A stretch of 53,470 bases of DNA from Octopus sinensis (lineage: Eukaryota), in NCBI RefSeq assembly GCF_006345805.1, contig NW_021833920.1, positions 1-53,470 on the forward strand, given 5' to 3'. A program made the position numbers and the translations under genes. Of this stretch, positions 25,701 through 38,011 are shown one piece after another; the first letter of the stretch is position 1; the number at the start of each line of letters is the position of its first letter. The notes below the pieces were generated by a model. The model did no database searches and was not told the DNA's origin. It saw only the letters and a program-made list of their open reading frames with translations.

Positions 25701-28700
25701 GGACCGCCAAAAGAGATCGATAAAAATAATTAGTGGACCACCAAACGAGATCGATAAAATGAAGTAGCGGGGCGCTAAACGTGATCGACAAAATGACCTA
25801 GTGGACCGCCAAAAGAGATCGATAAAATGAATTAGCGGACCACCAAACGAGATCGATAAAATGAATTAGCGGACCAATAAACTAGATCAATAAAATGACT
25901 TAACGGATCGCCAATCGAGGTGGATAAAATGGCCTAGCGGGCCGCCAAACGAAATCGATGAAATGAATTAGCGGTTCACCAAACAAGATTGATGAAATAA
26001 CTTAGCGGATCACCAAACGAGACCGATAAAATGAATCAGCGGACTGCCAAACGAGATCGATAAAATGACTTAGCGGACCACCAAACGATATCGATAAAAG
26101 GACTTAGCGGACCACAAAACGACATCGATAAAATGACCTAGCCGACCGCCAAACGAGATCTCGTTTGGTGGTCCGCAAATTACTTAGCGGAGCGTGTGAA
26201 ACGAGATCGACAAAATGATCGAGTGGTCCGCCAAACGGGATCGATAAAATGACAGCGCACCGCCAAACTAGATCGATAAAATGACTTAGTGGACCGCACA
26301 CCGAGATCGATAAAATGATCTAGCGGACCGCCAAACGAGATCGATAAAATGAGTTAGTGGACCGCCAAGCGAGATCGATAAAATGACTTAGCGAACCACC
26401 AAGCGAGATCGATAAAACGATATTGGGGACCGCTGAACGAGATCGACAAAATGACCTAGCGGACCGCCAAAAGAGATCGATAAAATGAGTTAGTGGACCG
26501 CCAAGCGAGATCGATAATATGCATTAGCGGACCACCAACCGAGATCGATAAAATGATATAGCGGACCGCTAAACGAGATCGACAAAATGACTTACCGGAC
26601 CACCAAAGGAGAGCGATAAAATGAATTAGCGGACCACCAAACGAGATCGATAAAATGAATTAGCTGACCAATAACCTAGATCAATAAAATGACTTAGCGG
26701 ACCGCCAATCGAGGTGGATAATATGGCCTAGCGGACCGCCAAAAGAAATCAATAAAATGAATTAGCGGACCACCAAACGAGATCGATAAAATGAATTAGC
26801 GGACCAATAAACTAGATCAATAAAATGACTCAGCGGACCGCCAATTGAGGTGGATAAAATGGCCTAGCGGACCGCCAACCGAGATCGATGAAATGAATTA
26901 GCGGTTCACCAAACGAGATTGATGAAATGACTTAGCGGATAGCCAAACGAGACCGATAAAATGAATCAGCAGACTGCCAAACGAGATCGATAAAATGATA
27001 TAGCGGGCCGCTAAACGAGCTCGACAAAATAACCTAGCGGACCGCCAAAAGAGATCGATAAAATGAATTAGCGGAGCACCAAACGAGATCGATAAAATGA
27101 ATTGGCGGACCAATAAACTAGATCAATAAAATGACTTAGCGGACCGCCAATCGAGGTGGATAAAATGGCCAAGCGGACCGCCAAACGCGATCGATGAAAT
27201 GAATTAGTGGTTCACCAAACAAGATCGATGAAATTACTTAGCGGATCGCCAAACGAGACCGATAAAATGAATCAGTGGACTGCCAAACGAGATCGATGAA
27301 ATGACCTAGCGGACCACCAAACGAGATCGATAAAATGACTTAGCGGACCACCAAACGAGATCGATAAAATGACTTAGCCTACCGCCAAACGAGATCTCGT
27401 TTGGTGGTCCGCAAATAACTTTGCGGAGCGTTAAACGAGATCGACAAAATGATCTGGAGGACCGCCAAACGAGATCGATAAAATGACCGAGTGGTCCGCC
27501 AAACTGGATCGATAAAATGACAGCGGACCGCCAAACGAGGTCGATAAAATGACATTAGTGCACAGCAAACCGAGATCGATAAAATGACTTAGCAGACGAT
27601 GAAGCAATATCGATAGAATGACTTAGCGGACCGCCAAACGAGATCCATAAAATGACTTAGCAGAAAACAAAACAAGATAGATAAAATGACTTAGCAGACC
27701 ACAAAACCAGATCGATAAAATGACTTAGAGGACCACCAAACGAGATGGATAAAATGACTTAGCTGACCGCGAAACGAGATATCGTTTGGTGGTCCGCAAA
27801 TGACTTAGCGGAGCGTTAAACGAGATCGAAAAAATGCTCTGGCGGACCGCCAAACGAGATCGATAAAATGATTTAGCGGACCCCTAAACGAGACAGACAA
27901 AATGAGCTAGCGGACCGCCAAAAGAGATCGATAAAATGAATTAGCAGACCACCAAACGAGTTCGATAAAATGAATTAGCGGACCAATAAACGAGATCGAT
28001 AAAATGAGCAAGTGGACCGCCAAACGATATCGATAAAATGACTTAGTAGACCACCAAACCAGATCGATAAAATGACATAGCAGATTACGAAACGAGATCG
28101 ATAAAATGACATAGCAGATTACGAAACGAGATCGATAAAATGACTTAGTGGACCACCAAAGGAGATCGATAAAATGATATAGCGGACCGCTAAACGAGAT
28201 CGACAAAATGAACTAGTGAACCGCCAAGAGAGAACGATAAAATGAACTAGCGGACCACCAAACGAGATCGATAAAATGAACGAGTGGACCGCCAAACTAG
28301 ATCGATAAAATGTCTTAGCGGACTACTAAACAAGATCGACAAAATGACATAGCGGACCACCAAACTAGATCGAGAAAATGACTAAGTGGACCGCCAAAAG
28401 AGATCGATAAAAATAATTAGTGGACCACCAAACGAGATCGATAAAATGAAGTAGCGGGGCGCTAAACGTGATCGACAAAATGACCTAGTGGACCGCCAAA
28501 AGAGATCGATAAAATGAATTAGCGGACCACCAAACGAGATCGATAAAATGAATTAGCGGACCAATAAACTAGATCAATAAAATGACTTAACGGATCGCCA
28601 ATCGAGGTGGATAAAATGGCCTAGCGGGCCGCCAAACGAAATCGATGAAATGAATTAGCGGTTCACCAAACAAGATTGATGAAATAACTTAGCGGATCAC

Positions 28701-31700
28701 CAAACGAGACCGATAAAATAAATCAGCGGACTGCCAAACGAGATCGATAAAATGACTTAGCGGACCACCAAACGATATCGATAAAAGGACTTAGCGGACC
28801 ACAAAACGACATCGATAAAATGACCTAGCCGACCGCCAAACGAGATCTCGTTTGGTGGTCCGCAAATTACTTAGCGGAGCGTGTGAAACGAGTTCGACAA
28901 AATGATCGAGTGGTCCGCCAAACGGGATCGATAAAATGACAGCGCACCGCCAAACTAGATCGATAAAATGACTTAGTGGACCGCACACCGAGATCGATAA
29001 AATGATCTAGCGGACCGCCAAACGAGATCGATAAAATGAGTTAGTGGACCGCCAAGCGAGATCGATAAAATGACTTAGTGAACCACCAAGCGAGATCGAT
29101 AAAACGATATTGGGGACCGCTGAACGAGATCGACAAAATGACCTAGCGGACCGCCAAAAGAGATCGATAAAATGAATTAGCTCACCAACAAACGAGATCG
29201 AAAAAATAAATAGCGGACCGCTAAACGAGATCGACAAAATGACCTAGCGAACCGCCAAAAGAGATCGATAAAATGACTTAGCGGACCACCAAACGAGATC
29301 GATAAAATGAACGAGTGGCCCGCCAAACATGATCGATAAAATGACTTAGCGGAACGCTAACCGAGATCGACAAAATGACATAGCGGACCGCCAAACGAGA
29401 TCGATAAAATGAGTTAGTGGACCACCAAACGAGATCGAAAAAATAAATAGCGGAACGCTAAACGAGATCGACAAAATGACCTAGCGAACCGCCAAAAGAA
29501 ATCGATAAAATGACTTAGCGGACCACCAAACGAGATCGATAAAATGACCGAGTGGACCGCCAAACGTGATCGATAAAATTACTTTGCGGACCACGAATCG
29601 AGATGGATAAAATGACCTAGCGGACCGCCAAACAAGATCGATAAAATGAGTTAGTGGACCACCAAACGAGATCGATAAAATGATATAGCGGACCGCTAAA
29701 CGAGATTGACAAAATGTCCTAGCGGACCGCCAAAAGAGATCGATAAAAATAATTAGTGGACCACCAAACGAGATCGATAAAATGAATTAGCTGACCAATA
29801 AACTAGATCAATAAAATGACTTAGCGGACCGCTAATCGAGGTGTATAAAATGGGCTAGCGGACCGCCAAACGAGATCGATGAAATGAATTAGCGATTCAC
29901 CAAACGAGATTGGTGAAATGAGTTAGCGGATCGCCAAACGAGACCGATAATATGAATCAGCGGACTGCCAAACGAGATCGATAAAATGACCTAGCGGACC
30001 ACCAAAAAAGATCGATAAAATGACTTAGCCGACCGCCAAACGAGATCTCGTTTGGTGGTCCGCAAATGACCTAGTGGAGCGTTAAACGAGATCGACAAAA
30101 TGATCTGGCAGACTGCCAAACGAGATCGATAAAATGACCGAGTGGTCCGCCAAACTGAATCGATAAAATGACAGTGGACCGCCAAACGAGATCGATATAA
30201 TGACTTAGTGGACCGCAAACCAAAATCGATAAAATGACTTTGCAGACAATGAAGCGATATCGATAGAATGACATAGCGGACCGCCAAACGAGATCCATAA
30301 AATGACTTAGCGGACAACCAAACAAGATAGATAAAATGACTTAGTGGACCACCAAACGGGAGCGATAAAGTGACTTAGCCGACCGCCAAACGAGATATCG
30401 TTCGGTGGTCCGCAAATGATTTAGCGGAGCGTTAAACGAGATCGAAAAAATGCACTAGCGGACCGCCAAACGAGATCGATAAAATGAATAAGCGGACCGC
30501 TAAATGAGACCGACAAAATTACCTAGCGGACCGCCAAAACAGATCAAAAAAAAGAATTAGCAGACCACCAAACGTCATCGATAAAATGAATTAGAGGACC
30601 AATAAACGAGATCGATAAAAAGATTTAGCGGACCGTTAAACGTGATCGACAAAATGACTCAGTGGACCGCCAAACGAGATCGATAAAATGAATTAGCAGA
30701 CCACCAAACGAGATCGATAAAATGACTTAGCGGACCACCAAACGAGATCGATAAAATGACCTAGCCGACCGCCAAACGAGATCTCGTTTGGTGGTCTGCA
30801 AATGACTTAGCGGAGCGTTAAACGAGATCGACAAAATGATCTGGCGGACCGCCAAACAAGATCAATAAAATGATCGAGTGGTCCGCCAAACGGGATCGAT
30901 AAAATGACAGTGGACCGCCAAACGAGATCGATAAAATGACTTAGTGGACCGCAATCCGAGATCGATAAAATGATATAGCGGACTGCCAAACGAGATCGAT
31001 AAAATGAGTTAGTGGACCGCCAAGCGAGATCGATGAAATGACTTAGCGGACCACCAAACGAGATCGATAAAATGATATAGCGGACTGCTAAACGAGGTCG
31101 AAAAAATGACCTAGCGGACCGCCAAAAGAGATCGATAAAATGAATTAGCGGACCACCAAACGAGATCGATAAAAGGATTTTGCGGACCAATAAACTACAT
31201 CAAAAAAATGACTTAGCGGACCGCCAATCGAAGTGGATATAATGGCCTAGCGGACCGCCAAAAGAGATCGATAAAATGAATCAGTGGACCGCCAAACGAG
31301 ATCGATAAAATGACTTAGCGGACCGCCAATCGAGACGGATAAAATGACCTAGCGGACCGCCAAACGAGATCGATTAAATGAGTTAGTGGACCACAAAGCG
31401 AGATCGATATAATGACTTAGCAGACCACCAAACGATGATCGATAAAATGATATAGCGGACCGCTAAACGAGATCGATAAAAATAATTAGTGGACCACCAA
31501 ACGAGATCGATAAAATGAATTAGCGGACCAATAAACTAGATCAATAAAATGACTTAGCGGACCGCCAATCGAGGTGGATGAAATGGCCTAGCGGACCGCC
31601 AAACGAGATCGATGAAATGATTTAGCGGTTCACCAAACAAGATTGATGAAATGACTTAGCGGATCGCCAAAGGAGACCGATAAAATGAATCAGCGGACTG

Positions 31701-34700
31701 CCAAACGAGATCGATGAAATGACCTAGCGGACCACCTAACGAGATCGATAAAATGACTTAGCGGACCACCAAACGGGATCGATAAAATGACTTAGCCGAC
31801 CGCCAAACGAGATCTCGTTCGGTGGTCCGCAAATGACCTTGTGGAGCGTTAAACGAGATCGACAAAATGATCTGGCGGACCGCCAAACGAGATCGATAAA
31901 ATGACCGAGTGGTCCGCCAAACTGGATCGATAAAATGACAGTGGACCGCCAAACGAGATCGATATAATGCCTTAGTGGACCGCAAACCGAGATCGATAAA
32001 ATGACGTAGCAGACGATGAAGCGATATCGATAGAATGACTTAGCGGACCGCCAAACGAGATCCATAAAATGACTTAGCGGACAACCAAACAAGATAGATT
32101 AAATGACTTAGCGGACCACCAAACGAGATCGACAAAATGACCTAGCGGACCACCAAACAAGATCGATAAAATGAACGAGTGGACCGCCAAACATGATCGA
32201 TAAAATGACCTAGCGGACCGCTAACTGAGACGACAAAATGACATAGCGGACCGCCAAACGAGATCGATAAAATGACTTAGCGGACCGCCAATCGAGACGG
32301 ATAAAATGACCTAGCGGACCGCCAAACGAGATCGATTAAATTAGTTTGTGGACCGCCAAGTGAGATCGATATAATGACTTAGCAGACCACCAAACGAGAT
32401 CGATAAAATGATATAGCGGACCGCTAAACGAGATCGATAAAATGAATTAGCGGACCAATAAACTAGATCAATAAAATGACTTAGCGGACCGCCAATCGAG
32501 GTGTATGAAATGGCCTAGCGGACCGCCAAACGAGATCGATGAAATGAATTAGCGGTTCACCAAACAAGATTGATGAAATGACTTAGTGGATCGCCAAACG
32601 AGACCGATAAAATGAATCAGCGGACTGCCAAACGAGATCGATAAAATGAACGAGTGGTCCGCCAAACGGGATCGATAAAATGATAGCGGACCGCCAAACG
32701 AGACCGATAAAATGACTTAGTGGACCGCAAACCGAGATCGATAAAATGACTTAGCAGACGATGAAGCGATATCGATAGAATGACTTAGCGGACCGCCAAA
32801 CGAGATCGATAAAATGAATTAGCGGACCACCAAACGAGATCGATAAAATGACCTAGCGGACCACCAAACGAGATCGATAAAATGAATTAGCTGACCACCA
32901 AACGTGATCGATAAAATAATTGAGCTGACCTCCATACGAGATCTCGTTTGGTGGTCCGCAAATGACTTATGGGAGCGTTAAACGAGATCGACAAAACGAT
33001 CTGGCGGACCGCGAAACGAGATCGATAAAATGATCTAGCGGACCGCCAAACGAGATCGATAAAATGAGTTAGTGGACCGCCAAGCGAGATCGATAAAAAT
33101 AATTAGTGGACCACCAAACGAGATCGATAAAATGACCTAGCGGACCGCCAAACAAGATCGACAAAATGAGTTAGCGGACCACCAAACGAGATCGATAAAA
33201 TGAATTAGCAGACCACCAAACGGGATCGATAAAATGAATTAACGGACCAATAAACTAGATCAATAAAATGACTTAGCGGACCGCCAATCGAGGTGGATGA
33301 TATGGCCTAGCGGCCGCCAAAGAGGATCGGTGAAATGAATTAGCGGTTCACCAAACGAGATTCATGAAATGACTTAGCGGATCGCCAAACGAGAGCGATA
33401 AAATGAATCAGTGGACTGCCAAACGAGATCGATAAAATGACTTAGCGAACCACCAAATGAGATCGATAAAATGACCTAGCCAACCGCCAAACGACATTTC
33501 GTTTGGTGGTTCGCAAATGACTTAGCGGAGCGTTAAACGAGATCGACAAAATGATCTGGCGGACCGCCAAACGATATCGATAAAATGATCGAGTGGTCCG
33601 CCAAACGTGATCGATAAAATGACAGCAGACCGCCAAACGTGATCGATAAAATGACCTTGTTGACCACAAACCGAGATCGATAAAATGACTTAGCAGACGA
33701 TGAAGCGATATCGATAGAATGAATTAGCGGAACGCCAAACGAGATCCATAAAATGACCTAGCGGACCACCAAACGAGATCGATAAAATGATATAGCGGAC
33801 CACCAAACGAGATCGATAAAATGAATTAGCGGACCACCAAACGAGATCGATAAAATGACTAAGCAGACCACCAAACGAGATCGATAAAATGAGTTAGCAG
33901 ACCGCCAAACGAGATCGATAAAATGACTTAGCGGACCACGAAACTTTATCGATAAAATGACTTAGCAGACCGCTAAACGAGTTCGATAAAATGACTTAGC
34001 GGTTTGCCAAACGAGATCGATGAAATGACCTAGCGGTTCACCAAACGAGATCGATGAAATGTCTAGCGGATCGCTAAACGAGACCGATGAAATAACTCAG
34101 CGCACCACCAAACGAGTTCGATAAAATGACATAGCGGACCGCCAATTGAGACGGATATAATGACTTAGCGGACCGCCAAACGAGATCGATAAATTACTTA
34201 GCGGACCACCGAATGAGATCGATAAAATGAATTAGCGGACCGTCAAACCAGTTCGATAAAATGACCTATTGGACCACCAAACGAGATCGATAAAATGACA
34301 GTGGACCGACAAACGAGTTCAATAAAATGACCTTGGGGACCGCCAAACGTGATCGATAAAATGATCTAGCGGTTCACGAAAGGGGATCGATAAAAAGACT
34401 TAGCGGTTCACCAAACGAGATCGGTAAAATGACTTAGCGGATAGCCAAAATTGATCGATAAAATGAGTTAGCGGTCTGCCAATCGAGACGGATAAAATGA
34501 TATAGTGGACCGCCAAATGAGTCGATAAAATAAATTAGTGGTCCGCCAATCGCGACGGATAAAATGAGCTACAGGACAGCCAAACGAGACCGACGTAATG
34601 ACTTAGCGGACCACCAAACGAGATCGATAACATGACTTTGCGGGACACCAAACGAGATCGATAAATTGACTTAGCGGACAACTAAACGACATCGATAAAA

Positions 34701-35995
34701 TGACCTAGCGGACCACCAACAGAGATCGATAAAATGACATAGCGGACCGTTAAAGGAGATCGACAAATTGAACTAGCGGACCGCCAAACGAGATCGACAA
34801 AATGACTCAGCGGACCGCCAAATGAGATCGATAAAATGAATTAGTGGACCACCAAACGAGATCGATAAAATGACCTAGCAGACTGCTAAACGAGATTGAC
34901 AAAATGATGTAGCGGACCGCGAAACGAGATCGATAAAATGACCGAGTGGACCGCCATACGAGATCGATAAAATGACCGAGTGGACCACCAAACGAGATCG
35001 GTAAAATAACTTAGTGGACCGCCAAACGAGATCGATAAAATGACATAGCGGACTGCCAATCGAGATCGATAAAATGACCTAGCGGTTTGCCAAACGAGAT
35101 CGATGAAATGACCTAGCGGTTCACCAAACGAGATCGATGAAATGACTTAGCGGATCGCTAAACGAGTACGATAAAATGAATTAGCAGACCGCTAAACGAG
35201 ATCAACAAAATGACCTAGCGAACTGCCAAAAGAGATCGATAAAATGAATTAGCGGACTACCAAACGAGATCGATAAAATGAATTAGCGGACCACCAAACG
35301 AGATCGATAAAATGAATTAGCGGACCACCAAACGAGATTGACAAAATGACTTAGCGTACCGCCAAACAAGATCGATAAAATGAGTTAGCGGACCGCCAAA
35401 CGAGATCGATAAAATGACTTAGCGGACCGCCAATCGAGATCGATAAAATGCATTAGTGGACCACCAAACGAGATCGATAAAATGACTTTGCGGACTGCCA
35501 AACATGATCGATAAAATGACCTAGCGGACCGGCAAACGAGATCGATAAAATGAATTAGCGGAACGGGAAACGAGATCGATAAAATGACTTAGCCGACCGC
35601 CAAACGAGATCGATAAAATGACTCAGTTGACAGCCAAACGAGACCGATAAAATGACGTAGTGGACCGCCAAACGAAATCTATGAAATGAATTAGCGGACC
35701 GCCAAACGAGATCGATAAAATGATCTAGTGGTTCGGACGAACGAGATCGATAAAGTGACTTACGGACCGCCAAATGGGATCGATAAAATGAATACGCGGA
35801 CCGCCAATCGCGATCGATAAAATGACTTAGCGGACCGCCAAACGAGATCGATAGAATAACCAGCGGACCGCCAAACAAGATCGATAAAATGACCTAGTGG
35901 ACCGCCAAACCAGATCGATAAAATGACGTAGCGGACCGCTAAAGGAAATCGATGAAATGACGTAGCGGAACGCCAAACGAGATCGATAAAATGAC
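22797..35995 (+). repeat. 34-bp satellite, main array (~385 units) with higher-order structure
   Basis: Consensus AAATGACTTAGCGGACCGCCAAACGAGATCGATA (34 nt); the monomers are divergent. Confidence 0.97.
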
Positions 35996-36002
35996 ATTTG
36001 AA

Positions 36003-36509
36003 TGAAATTGGTTGTGTAGTTCTCAAATTTTAGTGAATGAGACAGACAAACAGACACATTCTCAGTTTTGTATGTATGTATGACCTAATATATAAGGTCA
36101 CTCTTGAGTGCTATTGGTAACATGTAACCCAGTACAACCTGCTGCATGGTCGGGTCGTCGGTGACTAAACCGGTAACATCACCAAGCTTGCTTGGTCAAG
36201 AGGGTTTTTATTGGACACCCTACGGGATGAAAGATAAAATCCCTCAAACGGCGGAGGAACTCTTGAGAGTCAACGGCCATCCAATAAATGTGTAATTTTT
36301 TTTGCTTAAGGCTGTATCATGCGCGGCGACATAGAAATAATCGGACTGAATACTCGATCGCGCGGTAAAACCATTGGGAGTTAAGGACTCCTAGCCTTTG
36401 TTAGGGTGTCCTTCTAGAAGGTAACTGGGATAACTCCGACATAAAACTGCGGCTCAGTGGTTACCAATGGTTTTGACTTGTTCTTCTTTACGGACTATAG
36501 CTGCTGTTG
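36003..36509 (+). repeat. Direct repeat copy 2 (~507 bp); includes a Helitron-like 5' terminus on the minus strand (36003-36083)
   Basis: Colinear with 20709-21223. Confidence 0.95.
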
Positions 36510-36644
36510 CTTATTGAGTGGGATTGACTCAGTGCACAGCCTTTCCTTACTTAAAAAAAAATCTTCTTACACAGGCTTTGCACGATAACAACATTGATTA
36601 AGCTTCGTGCAATGGCCATACACGATAACGAGGGCGCAGCCACC
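36084..36644 (+). mobile_element. Unclassified dispersed repeat with several stem-loops (possible retroelement 5' leader or SINE-like)
   Basis: GC-richer segment GGTCACTCTTGAGTGC...GGGCGCAGCCACC, ending at microsatellite. Its first ~430 bp recur at 20788-21223. The class assignment is inference only. Confidence 0.4.
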
Positions 36645-37519
36645 ATGTATGTATGTATCTTTACTCATATATATATATATACCAATTTATTTTTATATAC
36701 ATACATACATGCGTGCATATAAACATGTGTGTCTGTGTGCACGTGCGTGACTCAAATTGCAACATAGTGCAACGTTCACATTATATTTTTGTGTTTTTAC
36801 AATCAATAATATTAATACGCTAACTTTTTTTGTACGTACCTGTTGTCTGCGTCACATTTCTTTGAAGTGGCAAAGCGAGAGAGAGGAGGAAAAAGAAGAG
36901 CGAGAGAAAAAGAGAGTAAGAGAGAAAAAGAGATTGTGAAAGAGACATCCGTGGTGATGGCGTTCGTATTGTGCTTTTAAATGTTTCAGAGAGGAAGTAA
37001 AAAAGAAAGGAAGAGAGTGAGAGAGAGAGTGAAGAGAGAGTGAGAGTGAGAGAGAATGAAAGAGTGATTTGTGACAGCTTTCGTTTTGTATTTTCAAATG
37101 CTTATTACATCTCAAGAGAAGTAGAGACCCGGGGACATAGACACAGCAAATATTGGCTGTCAGCTTCACTTTTCATTATCACACGAGAATAAAATTAACT
37201 TACAAATGGCTGAGTACTCCACAGCTACAACTCGAGGCGCACACACACATACATATATATATATTCCACTGTAACTAGGTAAATAAAATCTTCGAACAGA
37301 CGGTCAGTAGCGACACCTGCGGGTCTGACAACGCTGCATTGATAAAGGGCAACAACCCTGAAACATGTCTGCAGATATCTGACTAGTAAGGTGAAGCGGC
37401 TGACTTCCCCTGTTCGAAGGTTTGTAATGGACGCAGGTTCGTGTGTCAAATAGCTAGCTAGAGGCGATGGCCTCTTGGAGCTAATTAGTGACAGCTTTAG
37501 TCTTATATTTATAGACTAC

Positions 37520-38011
37520 CAAAGAGTGTGCCGAAAGAGATCAAAGAGGTACGCCGAAAGTGTTCAAAGAGGGTGCCGAAAGAGATCAAAGAGGTATGCT
37601 GAAAGTGATCAAAGAGGGTGCCGAAAGAGATCAAAGAGGGTGCCGAAAGAGATCAAAGAGTGTACCGAAAGAGATCAAAGAGTGTGTCGAAAGAGATCAA
37701 AGAGGGTGCCGAATGAGATCAAAGAGGGTGTCGAAAGAGATCAACGAGGTTGCCGAAAGAGATCAAAGAGGGTGCCGAATGAGATCAAAGAGGGTGCCGA
37801 AAGAGATCAAAGAGTGTGGAGAAAGAGATCAAAGAGGAGTGCCGAAAGAGATCAAAGACGAGTGCTGAAGGAGATCAAAAAGGAGTGCCGAAGGAGATCA
37901 AAGAGGGTGCTGAAAGAGATCAAAGAGGAGTGCCGAAAGCGATCAAAGAGTGCCGAAAGAGATCGAAGATTGTGCTGAAAGTGATCAAAGAGGAGTCCCG
38001 CAAGAGATCAA
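37520..38011 (+). repeat. 22-bp satellite (~22 units)
   Basis: Unit GCCGAAAGAGATCAAAGAGGGT. Confidence 0.95.
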
